From contig JAXMNT010000004.1 in NCBI GenBank assembly GCA_034670305.1, forward strand, positions 128,001 through 192,000: a stretch of DNA of 64,000 nucleotides, read 5' to 3'. Origin of the DNA: Deltaproteobacteria bacterium (GTDB lineage Bacteria; Myxococcota_A; Polyangia; Polyangiales; Houyiibacteriaceae). The translations under genes were made by a program, and so were the position numbers. This document shows, piece by piece, positions 10,797 through 21,352 of the stretch. Under the pieces are notes generated by a model. It was not told where the DNA came from. It did no database searches and saw only the letters and a program-made list of their open reading frames with translations. Position 1 is the first letter of the stretch. Each line of letters starts with the position of its first letter.

Positions 10797-11228
10797 CTAC
10801 TCGATCCTTGGCATGCCCGCGCGGTGCGCCGCGACGGGCGGTGCGTCCTGTCGAACACCCGGTCGGACAGCCTGTGCACCACCCTGCACACCAGGCTGCA
10901 CGCCATGCGCTTGGTCCGCGCCGGGCGGCGGTTGACGCGGCGGGTGTCCACGTCGGGGGTGGCGATGACGTCGGCGACGATCCGGTCGACAGCCGGGCTC
11001 GGCTTCTTCGGCAGTGGTCACCCGGACCACCGGTGTGGGCGCCGTGGCAACCTGCTGCTGTTCGAGCCGCGCAGCCGCTTGCAGACAGACGTTCGCCACG
11101 TGCTGTTCGAAGCGGGCACGCCGCTCGTGGTGGCAGCCGTGCCGCACATGCGCGAAGCCGGAGGCGAAGCCGCCCACGGTTCCGACGGAGAAGAATGCGA
11201 TGAGCGCGCGCCGCTTCCAGACATTCAT
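10797..11228 (-). CDS. Hypothetical protein, His/Arg-rich, with N-terminal hydrophobic segment
   Basis: ATGA overlap with the upstream gene; MNVWKRRALIAFFSVGTVGGF...; lies inside the operon. Confidence 0.6.
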   Translation of the reverse strand: MNVWKRRALIAFFSVGTVGGFASGFAHVRHGCHHERRARFEQHVANVCLQAAARLEQQQVATAPTPVVRVTTAEEAEPGCRPDRRRRHRHPRRGHPPRQPPPGADQAHGVQPGVQGGAQAVRPGVRQDAPPVAAHRAGMPRIE

Positions 11229-11716
11229 CGGTACGGCCCCATGAACACGTGGTGTCCGCCGGAGTCGCCGCCCCATCGGCCACCGAAACGGCGCAACAGC
11301 CGTCCCAGCTCCGAACGTTGTTCGTCGTCGAGCGACTCGTGCACGGTGCGCAGTCCCTCCTTCAGAGACACGCGCAGCCGCGCCAGCCGCGCGTCCTGGT
11401 CTTCGAAGAGCGCGTCGATCGGCCCTTCGTCGAACACTTCACCGGTCAGCACGTCGCGGGCAGTGCCCTTCGCCTCGCCGAACGATCCGCCGAAGTTCTG
11501 GAACTCGTCCATCACATCGCGCACCGCTTGGCGAATCGCCTTCTCTTGGCCGGGGCTCGTGTCGAGTCGCTCGAACAAGAACCTCAGCTTGTGGCCAGGA
11601 CCGCCGTGACGGCCCCGGTGTCGTCCGCCACGAAAGCCTCGATGGCCGCAGCGTCCATGTCGCAGCACCTTGACGAGCCCGTACAGACTCAAAGCGCCAA
11701 TCAAAAATCCGAACAT
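11225..11716 (-). CDS. Spy/CpxP/ZraP-like periplasmic sensor-partner protein
   Basis: GGAGG RBS; N-terminal hydrophobic helix, G/H/R-rich linker, LDTSPGQ and LDDEQR (LTxxQ-like) motifs. Confidence 0.7.
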   Translation of the reverse strand: MFGFLIGALSLYGLVKVLRHGRCGHRGFRGGRHRGRHGGPGHKLRFLFERLDTSPGQEKAIRQAVRDVMDEFQNFGGSFGEAKGTARDVLTGEVFDEGPIDALFEDQDARLARLRVSLKEGLRTVHESLDDEQRSELGRLLRRFGGRWGGDSGGHHVFMGPYR

Positions 11717-11886
11717 TGGTGAACCTCCATGTGAGAACCAGCCTGGGGTCGCCATGTGGAGGAAGTGCGTGCGCCAACATGAAGAAGTGTGAAGCCGTCC
11801 TGAAAAATCGTTGATGTTCCTTGGTAACGGAGGCCGCGGAGGCGCGACGCAGCACAAACCCCTCGACAGGTGGCTTGGCTGAACTC

Positions 11887-11932
11887 AGACTTCGGGTCAG
11901 ACTCTGACTTCCGGTCATTGGAAGACCGGTCA
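11887..11932. promoter_or_regulatory. Putative TetR operator repeats
   Basis: AGAC-TTCGG-GTCA (11887) and TGAC-TTCCG-GTCA (11905), 18 bp apart, plus a GTCA half-site at 11929, directly before tetR. Confidence 0.55.
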
Positions 11933-11936
11933 CAAT

Positions 11937-12602
11937 ATGACTTCAAGTACAGCCACGACGCTAACCCGCCGAGAACGCGAAAAAATCGCCCGTCGAGAAG
12001 CCATCCTCGATGCGGCCCAGGAGGTCATGAAGGCCTCGGGGGTGCACGGGCTCAAGATGGACGACGTCGCCCGCAAGGCCGAGCTCAGCAAGGGCACGCT
12101 CTACCTCTACTTCAGCGGCCGGGACGCGCTGCTCGCGGGCGTCGCCCTGCGCACCATGGCCAGCATCGGACCCATGCTCGAGGAAGCCGCGCAGTCTGAG
12201 AACGGGCTGGAGCGGCTGCTGACGATTCAGCGTTTGATCCGCGCGCATCTGCGGAGTCTTCCGCACGCGTTTCGGTTGATGGTGGAGTGGATGCTCGAGC
12301 TCGACATCGACGATCAGAGCCCCGAGTTCCAGGCGTACCGCGAGCGCATCGCCTCGGTGCGCGGGGCGATCATCGACGCGATCGAGCAGGGCAAAGAGGA
12401 CGGCTCCATCCGAACCGACCTGCCCGCCCTCCCCCACGGCATGCATTTCTGGGCGACCACCGTCGGGGTGGCGCTCTTCGAACGTTCCCCCACCGCGATG
12501 GCCAAACGCATCGGCCATCCCGTCGACCTCGAAGCACTGGAGCGTCTCCACGAAGACGTCTTCCGCCGCGCGTTCGCGCCCTCGCCCCAAGACGACCGAT
12601 GA
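11937..12602 (+). CDS. TetR/AcrR family regulator
   Basis: ILDAA...MDDVARKAELSKGTLYLYF HTH. Confidence 0.95.
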   Translation: MTSSTATTLTRREREKIARREAILDAAQEVMKASGVHGLKMDDVARKAELSKGTLYLYFSGRDALLAGVALRTMASIGPMLEEAAQSENGLERLLTIQRLIRAHLRSLPHAFRLMVEWMLELDIDDQSPEFQAYRERIASVRGAIIDAIEQGKEDGSIRTDLPALPHGMHFWATTVGVALFERSPTAMAKRIGHPVDLEALERLHEDVFRRAFAPSPQDDR

Positions 12603-14077
12603 AACTCCCTTCCTTCTCCCCCATCGCGCTGCTGCTCGCCGCGTCGCTCGGTTGCCTTCCCCACAGCCGCGTCGAAGAACCCGAGCCCGTGCTCGATCTG
12701 CCGCCCACGTTTGGCGGCGCCGAGATCCCTGGTGCGCAAGCCAGCGAAGAGACCGCCGATTCCCGTTGGTGGCTCCGCTACGAGGATCCCGAACTGCATC
12801 GGCTGATCACCGAGGCGCTCCAGAGCAACCTCTCGCTCCGCGCCCGTTGGGTAGCGATTCAACAGGCGCAAGCGCTCGCGACGCAAGCCGCTGCCGCCCG
12901 CTACCCCACCGTCGCGGCCCAGGGACGCGCAAGCTACGGGCGCAACATCTCGGCGTTCGCAACCACCGAGAGCGTCAACCTGAGCGCGTCGTTGCCGGTC
13001 ACCTACGAGGTCGATCTCTTCGGTCGCTGGCGGGGCAACGCCGAGGCGGCCAACGTCGAAGTCGAGGCCACCCGCTACGACGTGCAAGCGCTCGCCATCT
13101 CGACCTCCGCGCAGGTCGGCGAGGCCTGGTACTCGCTGGTCGACGCCCGCGCCCGGCTGGCGCTCTTGACCACCCAGCACGAGACCGACGAGACCTTCCT
13201 CGAACTCGTGCGGCTCCGCTTCGAGCAAGGGCTCGCCTCGGCGGTCGATGTGCACCAACAGCGGCTCCAGTCCGCCGCTTCGCTCCAGCAGGTCGACGCG
13301 GTCACCTCGGAGATCGAGCTCGCCCACCAACAGCTCTCGCTCTTGCTCGGCCGGCGCGCCTCGGATGTGCAAGTCGCCGAGATCGCCCAGTTCCCCGAAC
13401 TCGGCGACACCCCGGCGCGCGGCGCGCCCGCCGACGTCGTGTGGGCACGCCCCGATGTGCGCAGCGCGCAAGAACGGGTGCGCGCGAGCGACTGGCGCAT
13501 CGGCTCGGCCATCGCGAGCCGCCTGCCCTCCATTCGTCTCGATGTGACGCCCGGCTACTCGTGGCAGCGCAACGAGCTGAGCGGCAGCATGTTCGGGACC
13601 GGTGAGCCCACCATCGCCCATGGGTTCATCTTCAACGCGGGCGCCACCCTGAACGTGCCGCTGTTTGACGGGTTCGCGGGACGCGGGGCCGTCGAGCAAC
13701 AGCAAGCCGCGCTCCAGCAACAGGTCGAAGTGCTCTCCCAGACGGTGCTCTCTGCACTGCTCGAGGTCGAAGGCGCCATCGTGCAGGAAGCGCAGCAGGT
13801 CCGCACCATCGAGCTGCTCGAGCAGCAACTCGAGATCGCCGGACAGACCCTCGAGAGTGCCCGCGAGCGCTACCGCGGCGGCTTGAGCGACTTCTTGCCG
13901 GTGCTCACCGCGCTTCAGGCCCAGCACCGGGTGGAGCTGAGCACCCAACTCGCCCGCCGCCAGCTCATCTCTCGCCGCATCCAGCTCCACCGAGCGTTGG
14001 GCGGCGACTGGCCCGACTCGCTCGAGGCCCCGCGTCCCACGGAGCTCCGCGACGGGGCGGAAGGATCCGAATCGTGA
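12599..14077 (+). CDS. RND outer membrane factor (TolC/OprM-like lipoprotein)
   Basis: Lipobox SLGC, WW..Y.DP.L, RPDV, LHRALGG; ATGA overlap. Confidence 0.93.
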   Translation: MKLPSFSPIALLLAASLGCLPHSRVEEPEPVLDLPPTFGGAEIPGAQASEETADSRWWLRYEDPELHRLITEALQSNLSLRARWVAIQQAQALATQAAAARYPTVAAQGRASYGRNISAFATTESVNLSASLPVTYEVDLFGRWRGNAEAANVEVEATRYDVQALAISTSAQVGEAWYSLVDARARLALLTTQHETDETFLELVRLRFEQGLASAVDVHQQRLQSAASLQQVDAVTSEIELAHQQLSLLLGRRASDVQVAEIAQFPELGDTPARGAPADVVWARPDVRSAQERVRASDWRIGSAIASRLPSIRLDVTPGYSWQRNELSGSMFGTGEPTIAHGFIFNAGATLNVPLFDGFAGRGAVEQQQAALQQQVEVLSQTVLSALLEVEGAIVQEAQQVRTIELLEQQLEIAGQTLESARERYRGGLSDFLPVLTALQAQHRVELSTQLARRQLISRRIQLHRALGGDWPDSLEAPRPTELRDGAEGSES

Positions 14078-15321
14078 ACACCAAGACCATCCTCAAGGGT
14101 GTGCTGCCCGTCGTGATCCTCGCTGGCGGCTTCGGTCTGATGAAGCTGATGATCGCGACCAAACCCGAAGCCGAGCGCCGCCCCCAACAGGACGAAGCGC
14201 TGCTGGTGGAGGTCGTCGAGGTGCACGCCACCCAAGAGACCGTGACCCTCACGCTGCAAGGCCAACTCCTGCCGGCCCGCCAGGTCGTACTCGTCCCCGA
14301 AGTCGGCGGGCGCGTTCAATCGATGAGCGAGAACCTGGTGCCCGGCGGCCGGTTCGCACAAGGCGAGACCATGCTCCGGGTCGACGGCCGCGACTACCGC
14401 TTGGCGGTCGACTCCCGCGGGGCCGAGGTCAACCGCGCCGAACTCGAACTCCAGCTCGAACAAGGCCGGCAGGTGGTCGCGCAGCGCGAGTGGCAAGCGT
14501 TCGGCGCGCCCGAAGCCGCCGAAGGCGGGAGCGAACAAGGCCGCGCGCTGGCGCTCCGGCAACCGCAGGTCGAGACCGCGGAGGTCGGGGTCCGGTCGGC
14601 CCGCAGCGCCATCCAGCAAGCGCGCTTGAACCTTCAGCGCACCACCCTGCGTGCGCCGTTCAACGCGATGGTGATGATGGAGAACGTCGACGTCGGACAG
14701 CTCATCGGGCCGAGTTCCCAGGTCGCGACGCTGGTCGGCACCGACGAGTTCTGGGCCCGGGTATCGGTCCCGGTCGCGCAGCTCGCGCACATTCGATTCC
14801 CCGACCGCGACGGCGAAGGGTCGCCCGCGGTGGTCTGGCAGATGATCGGAGGCCAGCGGGTGCAGCGGGCTGGCCGGGTGGTGCGGCTGCTTCCCGACGT
14901 CGACCCGATCGGCTCGATGGCGCGCGTGCTCATCGCCATCGAAGACCCGCTCGCGCTCGCGGAAGACAACGACTCGTTGCCGATGCTGCTCGGCTCGTTC
15001 GTGCAGGTGGAGATCGCTGCCGGGGTGCTGGAAGACGTCATCGAAGTGCCGCGCTTCGCGACCCGCGACGGCAACCGCGTGTTCGTGATGGGTTCGGATT
15101 CCAAGCTGGAGATCCGGCCGATCGACGTCGCGTGGAGCCGTGAGGACAGCGTCTTGGTCCGCGCATCCTCCGGCGAAGGCAGCGGACTTCGGGCCGGCGA
15201 GCGCATCGTGACCAGCCGGGTGCCGACGCCGGTCGCCGGCCTTCCACTGCGGGTGGCCGAGGCGGCGCCCCAACGCGCCGCCGCCGACGGTGCCGGTGAC
15301 GCGGCCGAGGCGACGCCGTGA
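14074..15321 (+). CDS. RND efflux periplasmic adaptor subunit
   Basis: PEVGGRV, LRAPFNA, coiled coil; operon position. Confidence 0.93.
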   Translation: MNTKTILKGVLPVVILAGGFGLMKLMIATKPEAERRPQQDEALLVEVVEVHATQETVTLTLQGQLLPARQVVLVPEVGGRVQSMSENLVPGGRFAQGETMLRVDGRDYRLAVDSRGAEVNRAELELQLEQGRQVVAQREWQAFGAPEAAEGGSEQGRALALRQPQVETAEVGVRSARSAIQQARLNLQRTTLRAPFNAMVMMENVDVGQLIGPSSQVATLVGTDEFWARVSVPVAQLAHIRFPDRDGEGSPAVVWQMIGGQRVQRAGRVVRLLPDVDPIGSMARVLIAIEDPLALAEDNDSLPMLLGSFVQVEIAAGVLEDVIEVPRFATRDGNRVFVMGSDSKLEIRPIDVAWSREDSVLVRASSGEGSGLRAGERIVTSRVPTPVAGLPLRVAEAAPQRAAADGAGDAAEATP

Positions 15322-18300
15322 GCTCCGACGGCGATCAGGACGTGCTTCCCGAGGGCACGGAGCCGCCCAAGCCTCCGGAGGGAACCGCCCGCATCGGCGA
15401 CGGGCCCTACCGCGACGGCGAACACGTCGAAGAGAAGCTCGACACCGGCGGCATCCTCGGATGGTTCACCACGAACCGCGTCGCAGCGAACGTGCTGATG
15501 GCGATCATCCTCATCGGTGGCCTCGTCATGATGCTCACCCAGGTGAAGCAAGAGGTCTTCCCCGAGGTCGAGATCGAGATGGTGCTCATCAACATCCCCT
15601 ACCCCGGCGCGTCGCCCGAGGAAGTGGAGCAGGGGGTGGTGCTCGCGGTCGAAGAAGCGGTCCGCGGACTCGACGGTGTCAAAGAGGTGCGCGGCACCGC
15701 GAGCGAAGGCATGGCCGTCGTCGCGGTGGAGCTCTTGCTCGGCGCCGACAAGGACCGCGCGCTCAACGACGTGAAGAGTGCGATCGACCGGGTGACCTCG
15801 TTGCCCGAAGACGTGGAGCGTCCGGTGGTCGCGCTGGCCACCAACCGCCGGCAGGCGATCAGTTTGGTGCTCTACGGCGACGTCGAAAATGCCGAGTCGG
15901 TGCTGCACGATCTTGCCGACCAGGTGCGCTTCGACCTGCTGGCCAAAGACGACATCACCTACGTGGAGATCAGCGGCACCCGTCCGCTCGAGATCTCGGT
16001 GGACGTCTCGCAGGAACAACTGCGGGCCCACCGGCTGACGCTCGGCGGTGTCTCGCAAGCCATTCGCGCCGCCTCGGTCGAGATCCCAGGCGGCGGCGTC
16101 AAGACCCGCAGCGGCGAAGTACTGCTTCGCACCACCGAACGCCGCGACACCGCCGCCGAGCTCGAGTCGATCGCGATTCGCAGCCGGGCAGACGGAAGCT
16201 CACTGAGGCTCGGCGACTTCGCCACCGTCACCGACGGCTTCCGGGAAGAAGACCGCGCGTCCTACTTCAACGGCGAACGCGCCGTGATGATCGACGTCTA
16301 CCGGGTGGGCGACCAGGGTCCGATCGAAGTCAGCTCCGCGGTCCACGACTACATCGCGAACGAGCTGCCCGGGCGTCTGCCCCCCGGCATGCAGGCCGCC
16401 GCGTGGAACGACTCGTCCGAAGTCTACGCGGACCGCATCGACCTGCTCAGCCGCAACGCGAAGGTCGGCCTCATCCTGGTGTTGCTCGTGCTCGGGCTCT
16501 TCCTCGAACCGCGCCTGGCGTTCTGGGTCACGCTCGGCATCCCGATCAGCTTCGCCGGCTCGCTCTTGTTCCTGCCGACGATGGACGTGTCCATCAACAT
16601 GATCAGCCTCTTCGCGTTCATCGTGACCTTAGGCATGGTCGTCGACGACGCGATCGTGGTCGGGGAGGCGATCTATCAAAAGCGATCCGAGGGCATGGGC
16701 CTCTTGCCCGCGGCGCTCGCGGGCGTGCGCGAAGTCGCCATCCCGGTGTGTTTCTCGATCGCCACCACCTGCGTCGCGTTCGCGCCGATGCTCTTCGTGC
16801 CGGGCGTGAGCGGCAAGTTCTTCCGCAACATCCCGCTCGTGGTCATCGCGGTGCTCTTGATCTCGCTGGTCGAGTCCTTGCTGATTCTCCCCGCGCACCT
16901 TTCGCACAAGATGCCGTGGTTCCTCCGGGTGCTGCTCGCCCCGCTGCTCATGCCGATGGAGCTGCTCGGCAAACTGCGCATCGACAAGGGCCTCGGCGTC
17001 TTCATCCGCAAGGCGTACCAGCCGGTCCTGGAGATGGCCCTTCGCTGGCGCTACGCGACCTTCGCGCTGTGTTGCGCCCTCGCCCTCGGCACCTGCGGCT
17101 TGCCCGCAAGCGGACGACTCCAGTTCACGTTCCTGCCGAAGATCGAAGGCGACGTGATCAACGCCACCCTGCGCATGCCGGTGGGCACCTCGGTCGAAGA
17201 GACCCAGCGCCACCAGCAGCGCATGGTGAGCGCCGCCCAGGAAGTGCTGGGCGAGCACGGCGGCGAGGACATCCTGCGCGGACTCTTCTCCGAGGTCGGC
17301 GCGGCGAGCGGTGCGGACAGCGGACCGATGGGCGGCGGCGCCAGCTCCGGAAGCCACCTCGCGACCGCACGCGTCTTCCTCGTGCAGAGCGACCAACGCG
17401 AAGTCGAGACCGCCGCGTTCGCCGAACAGTGGCGCGAGACCATCGGCGAGATCCCGGGCGCCGAAGCGATGTCCTTCAGCTACTCCATCGGTGCGAGTGG
17501 CGGCGCGCCGATCGACATCCAGCTCAGCCACCCCGACCCCGAGGTGCTGGAGAACGCCGCCGAACGGTTGGCCGCGCAGCTCAGCGGGTATCCAGGCCTG
17601 CGGGACATCGAGAGCGGCGTGAGCATCGGCAAAGAGCAGCTCGACCTGACTTTGACCGACGAGGGCCGCGCCCGTGGTCTCACCGAAGCTGGCCTGGCCC
17701 GCCAGGTCCGCGACTCCTTCTTCGGCAGCGAAGCCGTCCGCCAGCAACGCGGACGCGAAGAGTTGCGGGTCTACGTGCGCCGACCGGAATCCGAACGCAC
17801 CTCGATGGCCGACATCGAGAACCTCGTCGTGCAGACGCCGGACGGAGGCGAGATGCCGCTCGCGCACGCCGCGCACATTCGTCGCGGCCGCGCCTACACG
17901 ACGATCAAACGCACCGACGGAAGACGCGTGGTCGCGGTCACGGCCGACATCGTGATGGGGGTTGGCAACGCGAACCAGATCGTCGGCAGCCTCACCGAGA
18001 ACGAGCTGCCCGCGCTGCTCGCCGATGTGCCGGGCCTGACCTACGAGATGGGCGGCGAGCAGAAGGAGCAAGCCCGCTCGATGCAGTCGCTTCTGTACGG
18101 GCAGATGTTCGCGTTCATCATCATGTTCGGCCTGCTCGCGGTTGTGTTCCGCAGCTACGTGCAGCCGCTGATCATCATGCTCGGCGCGATCCCGTTCGGC
18201 GTGGTCGGCGCCATCTGGGGACACGTGTTCATGGACTACGGGCTGAGCATGATCAGCATGATGGGCATCGTCGCGCTCAGTGGTGTCGTCGTGAACGACT

Positions 18301-18665
18301 CGCTGATCTTGATCGACTCCATCAACCGCTTCCGCCGCGAAGGCGCCAAGGTGTGGGACGCGGTGGTCAATGGCGGCACCCGACGGTTCCGGCCGATCCT
18401 CTTGACCTCGCTCACCACGTTCTTCGGCCTCGCGCCGATGATCCTCGAGCCCTCGGTGCAGGCCCGCTTCCTGGTGCCGATGGCGATCTCCCTCGGCTTC
18501 GGCGTGCTCTTCGCGACCGTGATCCTCTTGGTGCTCGTGCCCGCGAGCTACCTCATCGTGGAAGACATGCGCAACGGCACCGGCAAACTCTCGAAGCGCT
18601 TCGGCAAGCACTTCAAGACCCCGAACCCCACCGCCGCCCCCATCGGAATCGAACCCGCCGAGTAG
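15318..18665 (+). CDS. RND efflux permease (AcrB/AcrD/AcrF family)
   Basis: YPGASPEEVE, GMVVDDAIVV, GVVVNDS, RFRPILLTSLTT. Confidence 0.96.
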   Translation: MSSDGDQDVLPEGTEPPKPPEGTARIGDGPYRDGEHVEEKLDTGGILGWFTTNRVAANVLMAIILIGGLVMMLTQVKQEVFPEVEIEMVLINIPYPGASPEEVEQGVVLAVEEAVRGLDGVKEVRGTASEGMAVVAVELLLGADKDRALNDVKSAIDRVTSLPEDVERPVVALATNRRQAISLVLYGDVENAESVLHDLADQVRFDLLAKDDITYVEISGTRPLEISVDVSQEQLRAHRLTLGGVSQAIRAASVEIPGGGVKTRSGEVLLRTTERRDTAAELESIAIRSRADGSSLRLGDFATVTDGFREEDRASYFNGERAVMIDVYRVGDQGPIEVSSAVHDYIANELPGRLPPGMQAAAWNDSSEVYADRIDLLSRNAKVGLILVLLVLGLFLEPRLAFWVTLGIPISFAGSLLFLPTMDVSINMISLFAFIVTLGMVVDDAIVVGEAIYQKRSEGMGLLPAALAGVREVAIPVCFSIATTCVAFAPMLFVPGVSGKFFRNIPLVVIAVLLISLVESLLILPAHLSHKMPWFLRVLLAPLLMPMELLGKLRIDKGLGVFIRKAYQPVLEMALRWRYATFALCCALALGTCGLPASGRLQFTFLPKIEGDVINATLRMPVGTSVEETQRHQQRMVSAAQEVLGEHGGEDILRGLFSEVGAASGADSGPMGGGASSGSHLATARVFLVQSDQREVETAAFAEQWRETIGEIPGAEAMSFSYSIGASGGAPIDIQLSHPDPEVLENAAERLAAQLSGYPGLRDIESGVSIGKEQLDLTLTDEGRARGLTEAGLARQVRDSFFGSEAVRQQRGREELRVYVRRPESERTSMADIENLVVQTPDGGEMPLAHAAHIRRGRAYTTIKRTDGRRVVAVTADIVMGVGNANQIVGSLTENELPALLADVPGLTYEMGGEQKEQARSMQSLLYGQMFAFIIMFGLLAVVFRSYVQPLIIMLGAIPFGVVGAIWGHVFMDYGLSMISMMGIVALSGVVVNDSLILIDSINRFRREGAKVWDAVVNGGTRRFRPILLTSLTTFFGLAPMILEPSVQARFLVPMAISLGFGVLFATVILLVLVPASYLIVEDMRNGTGKLSKRFGKHFKTPNPTAAPIGIEPAE

Positions 18666-18673
18666 GCGGGTTC

Positions 18674-18709
18674 GCCCTTGCCCGTGCCCGTGCCCTTGCC
18701 CGTGCCCTT
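18674..18709. repeat. Short hexamer tract
   Basis: (GCCC[T/G]T)6 between convergent genes. Confidence 0.85.
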
Positions 18710-18743
18710 CGTTCGTGGTCTGGGTCGCGCACGGGTCCCCAAC

Positions 18744-19232
18744 TCAAGGCATCTCGACCACAGAAGCCGCCGTATCGAGTAGGTGCATGAGCTGTTCGCG
18801 GTCCCGCGCGTTCAGCGCTGTGCCGCGCGCCCTCAACGCAGCGACCAACCGCACGACCTCGTCCTCGCGGCCGCCCTGATACGCGATGCCCTGAAGCACC
18901 CGAGCCGCCGCCACATCGCGCCCGGCGGCCATCAGCGCATCCACCACATCCAGATCTCGCGCCTGCGCGACCGCCGCGAGGAGCGAAACCAGTTCTGGCT
19001 CGAACTCTGAGGCCGCGAGCAGTTCCCGCAGACAGAACTCCACCGTGGCGCGCGGGCGAAGATGAACGAGCAGACTGCGCACCGGCTCGTGCCCCCCACG
19101 GGCCGCGTGACGCGTCGCGGAGAGGATGACCTCCTCGCCCAACAGCTCAATCGCCAAGAGCCGACCTGCCTCGCTCGACCCCTGGTCGGTGGGCAGCCCG
19201 AGTTGTTCGACGAGTGCGTCCCAGTCGATCAC
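18744..19232 (-). CDS. Hypothetical protein
   Basis: GTGA overlap with the cyclase stop; helical, Leu-rich (MIDWDALVEQLG...). Confidence 0.6.
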   Translation of the reverse strand: MIDWDALVEQLGLPTDQGSSEAGRLLAIELLGEEVILSATRHAARGGHEPVRSLLVHLRPRATVEFCLRELLAASEFEPELVSLLAAVAQARDLDVVDALMAAGRDVAAARVLQGIAYQGGREDEVVRLVAALRARGTALNARDREQLMHLLDTAASVVEMP

Positions 19233-21352
19233 TTCGTGGTCATCGAGGTGGAGCCGTCCCAGTCTTCGGGCGGCGCTTCGGCCATGAACGCACGGCATCG
19301 CGCCGCCATCCGCGCAGACGACATGTCCTCTCGGCCGAGGCCTTCGTACGCGGCGGCGGCGGCTTCGAAACCGGTCGCGGCGTCTTCGAACTTCCGAGCG
19401 CGGTAGGCGTCGAGCGCGGCGGCGTAGCGTTCGATCGCGGCCAGCTCCTCGTCGCTCACGTCGCCCACGGCCCCGCAGAGTTCGTGGATGAGCACCGCGT
19501 GGTCTTTGCCCTTCACCGCCACCCACTCGAGCGGGCGCAGCACCATGTGCTCGGCCACCTTCTTCGCGGTCTCGTCGCCGATGAGGATGCCGGTGCCGTA
19601 GTGTTTGTTCAGCGCTTCGAGCCGCGCGCCGAGGTTCACCGGATCGCCCATCACCGTGTAGTTGAGCCGGTCCGGTGCGCCGATGTTGCCCACCAGCATC
19701 TCGCCGGTGTTCACCCCGATGCGGGTATCGAGCCGCGGCAGCCCTTCTTTGGCCCACTTCTTCTGCAGCTCCGCGAGCGCCTTCTTCATCGCGAGCGCAC
19801 CGCGACACGCCGCGAGCGCGTGTTCCGCGTTGTCTCGGGGCGCACCCCAGAACGCCATGATGGCGTCGCCGATGTACTTGTCGACGGTGCCGCCCTCCGA
19901 CCGCACCGCGTGGCTCATCACGTCGAGGTACTCCGCCAACACCTGGACGAGCTCATCGGGTTTCAATCCCTCGGCCACGGTGGTGAACCCAGCGATGTCG
20001 CTGAAGAGCACGCTGAGCTCTTCCATGCGACCGCCGAGTTCGGCTTCTTCGCCGGTCAGGATGAGCTCCCGGACAAGCGCCTTCGGCACGTACTTGCCGA
20101 ACGAGCGCAGCGACCGTTTCATCCGGGACGTGGTGTCGCGCATGTCGTTCACCTCGCGCACGAACGACTCCGTCTCTTCGAGCGCCCCGTCTTCGACCTC
20201 GAACCGGCCGATGCGCACGAGCTCGTCCGCGATGACGCGCAGCGCGCCACTCACGCGGGTGGCGAAGAACGCACCGAGCACGATGGCGAGCAGGGCCGCC
20301 AAGAGCGCGATGAGCAAGGTCTGCCACGCTTGTTTGTGCACCTCCCCGAAGAAGTCGGACTCCGGCGCGACCACCACGACGCGCCAATCGATGCCACTGG
20401 ACTCCGGGAACCGCTCCACCATGCCGAGGTAGTCGCCGAACCGGATCTCGCCTTGATCGTGGCCGGACGCGGAGATGGCCTGCCACGCCTGCGCCAGCAT
20501 CGGGTCGGGGTGATCGCTGGCGCGCGCGATCGTGACCTCCCCATCGACCTCCGTGGTCGTTGCGCCTTCGGGGTGGCCCACGACCAGACCATCCGCGGTG
20601 ACGATGTACACCCGCCCGTTGTCGCCTACGGTCAACGTCGAAAGAAACTCGGAGAGGCCGCTCATCTCGTACTCGACCGCGAGCACACCCTTCGGTCCAG
20701 TCGGGCCGACCACGCGCCGCACGTACATGAAGCCAGGCTGCCGGACGGTCGCGAAGACGAACGGCTCCACCCAGCCGCCTTCTTCGGTGGCGTTCTGGTA
20801 CCAAGGCCGTTCGCGCGGGTCGTAGTTCGAGTCCGGCTGGGTGCCGAGTCGCGCGAAGCCCTGACCCGCCACCGGACGCAGTTCGCGCATCACGGTGTGG
20901 TTGAGGTCATTGGCATTGACCTGTGGACGGAGCGTGCGCCACGCGCCACGGATCTCCCCGTCCGGCAACCGGTGCACCGCGACGTAGCTGCCGTCCTCCG
21001 CGCCATAGCTCGCCCAGGTGAACTCTTGGTTGGCATCGATGGCTGCGTGAAAGTGCCGCAGCAAGTTCTCTGAGTCGTTCAGCCGCAAGCGGCCTTCCAG
21101 GGCCCCGCGGAGGGTGAGCTCCACATAGGGCGGCGCCGGTTCGAAGTACCGAAGGCTGCGCTGCATCGCGGAGCTCGAGATCTGCTGCGAGTAGCCCCGC
21201 CAGAGATGATCGACGATCCGCGACGAGCTCGAATAGGCGAGCAGCCCCACCCCGCCGGCCACCAGCACGATGAGCAGCACCACCACGGTCAGCAGCGTGG
21301 GACGCAGGGGCAACCCCCGCCGCACCGGCACTTCGTCCGCCTTCTCGACCAC
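19229..21352 (-). CDS. Class III adenylate/guanylate cyclase with Cache and HAMP-like domains
   Basis: FSDIAGFT, DKYIGDAIMAFW, GDPVNLGARLE; YDPRERPWY Cache motif; start uncertain. Confidence 0.93.
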   Translation of the reverse strand: MVEKADEVPVRRGLPLRPTLLTVVVLLIVLVAGGVGLLAYSSSSRIVDHLWRGYSQQISSSAMQRSLRYFEPAPPYVELTLRGALEGRLRLNDSENLLRHFHAAIDANQEFTWASYGAEDGSYVAVHRLPDGEIRGAWRTLRPQVNANDLNHTVMRELRPVAGQGFARLGTQPDSNYDPRERPWYQNATEEGGWVEPFVFATVRQPGFMYVRRVVGPTGPKGVLAVEYEMSGLSEFLSTLTVGDNGRVYIVTADGLVVGHPEGATTTEVDGEVTIARASDHPDPMLAQAWQAISASGHDQGEIRFGDYLGMVERFPESSGIDWRVVVVAPESDFFGEVHKQAWQTLLIALLAALLAIVLGAFFATRVSGALRVIADELVRIGRFEVEDGALEETESFVREVNDMRDTTSRMKRSLRSFGKYVPKALVRELILTGEEAELGGRMEELSVLFSDIAGFTTVAEGLKPDELVQVLAEYLDVMSHAVRSEGGTVDKYIGDAIMAFWGAPRDNAEHALAACRGALAMKKALAELQKKWAKEGLPRLDTRIGVNTGEMLVGNIGAPDRLNYTVMGDPVNLGARLEALNKHYGTGILIGDETAKKVAEHMVLRPLEWVAVKGKDHAVLIHELCGAVGDVSDEELAAIERYAAALDAYRARKFEDAATGFEAAAAAYEGLGREDMSSARMAARCRAFMAEAPPEDWDGSTSMTTK

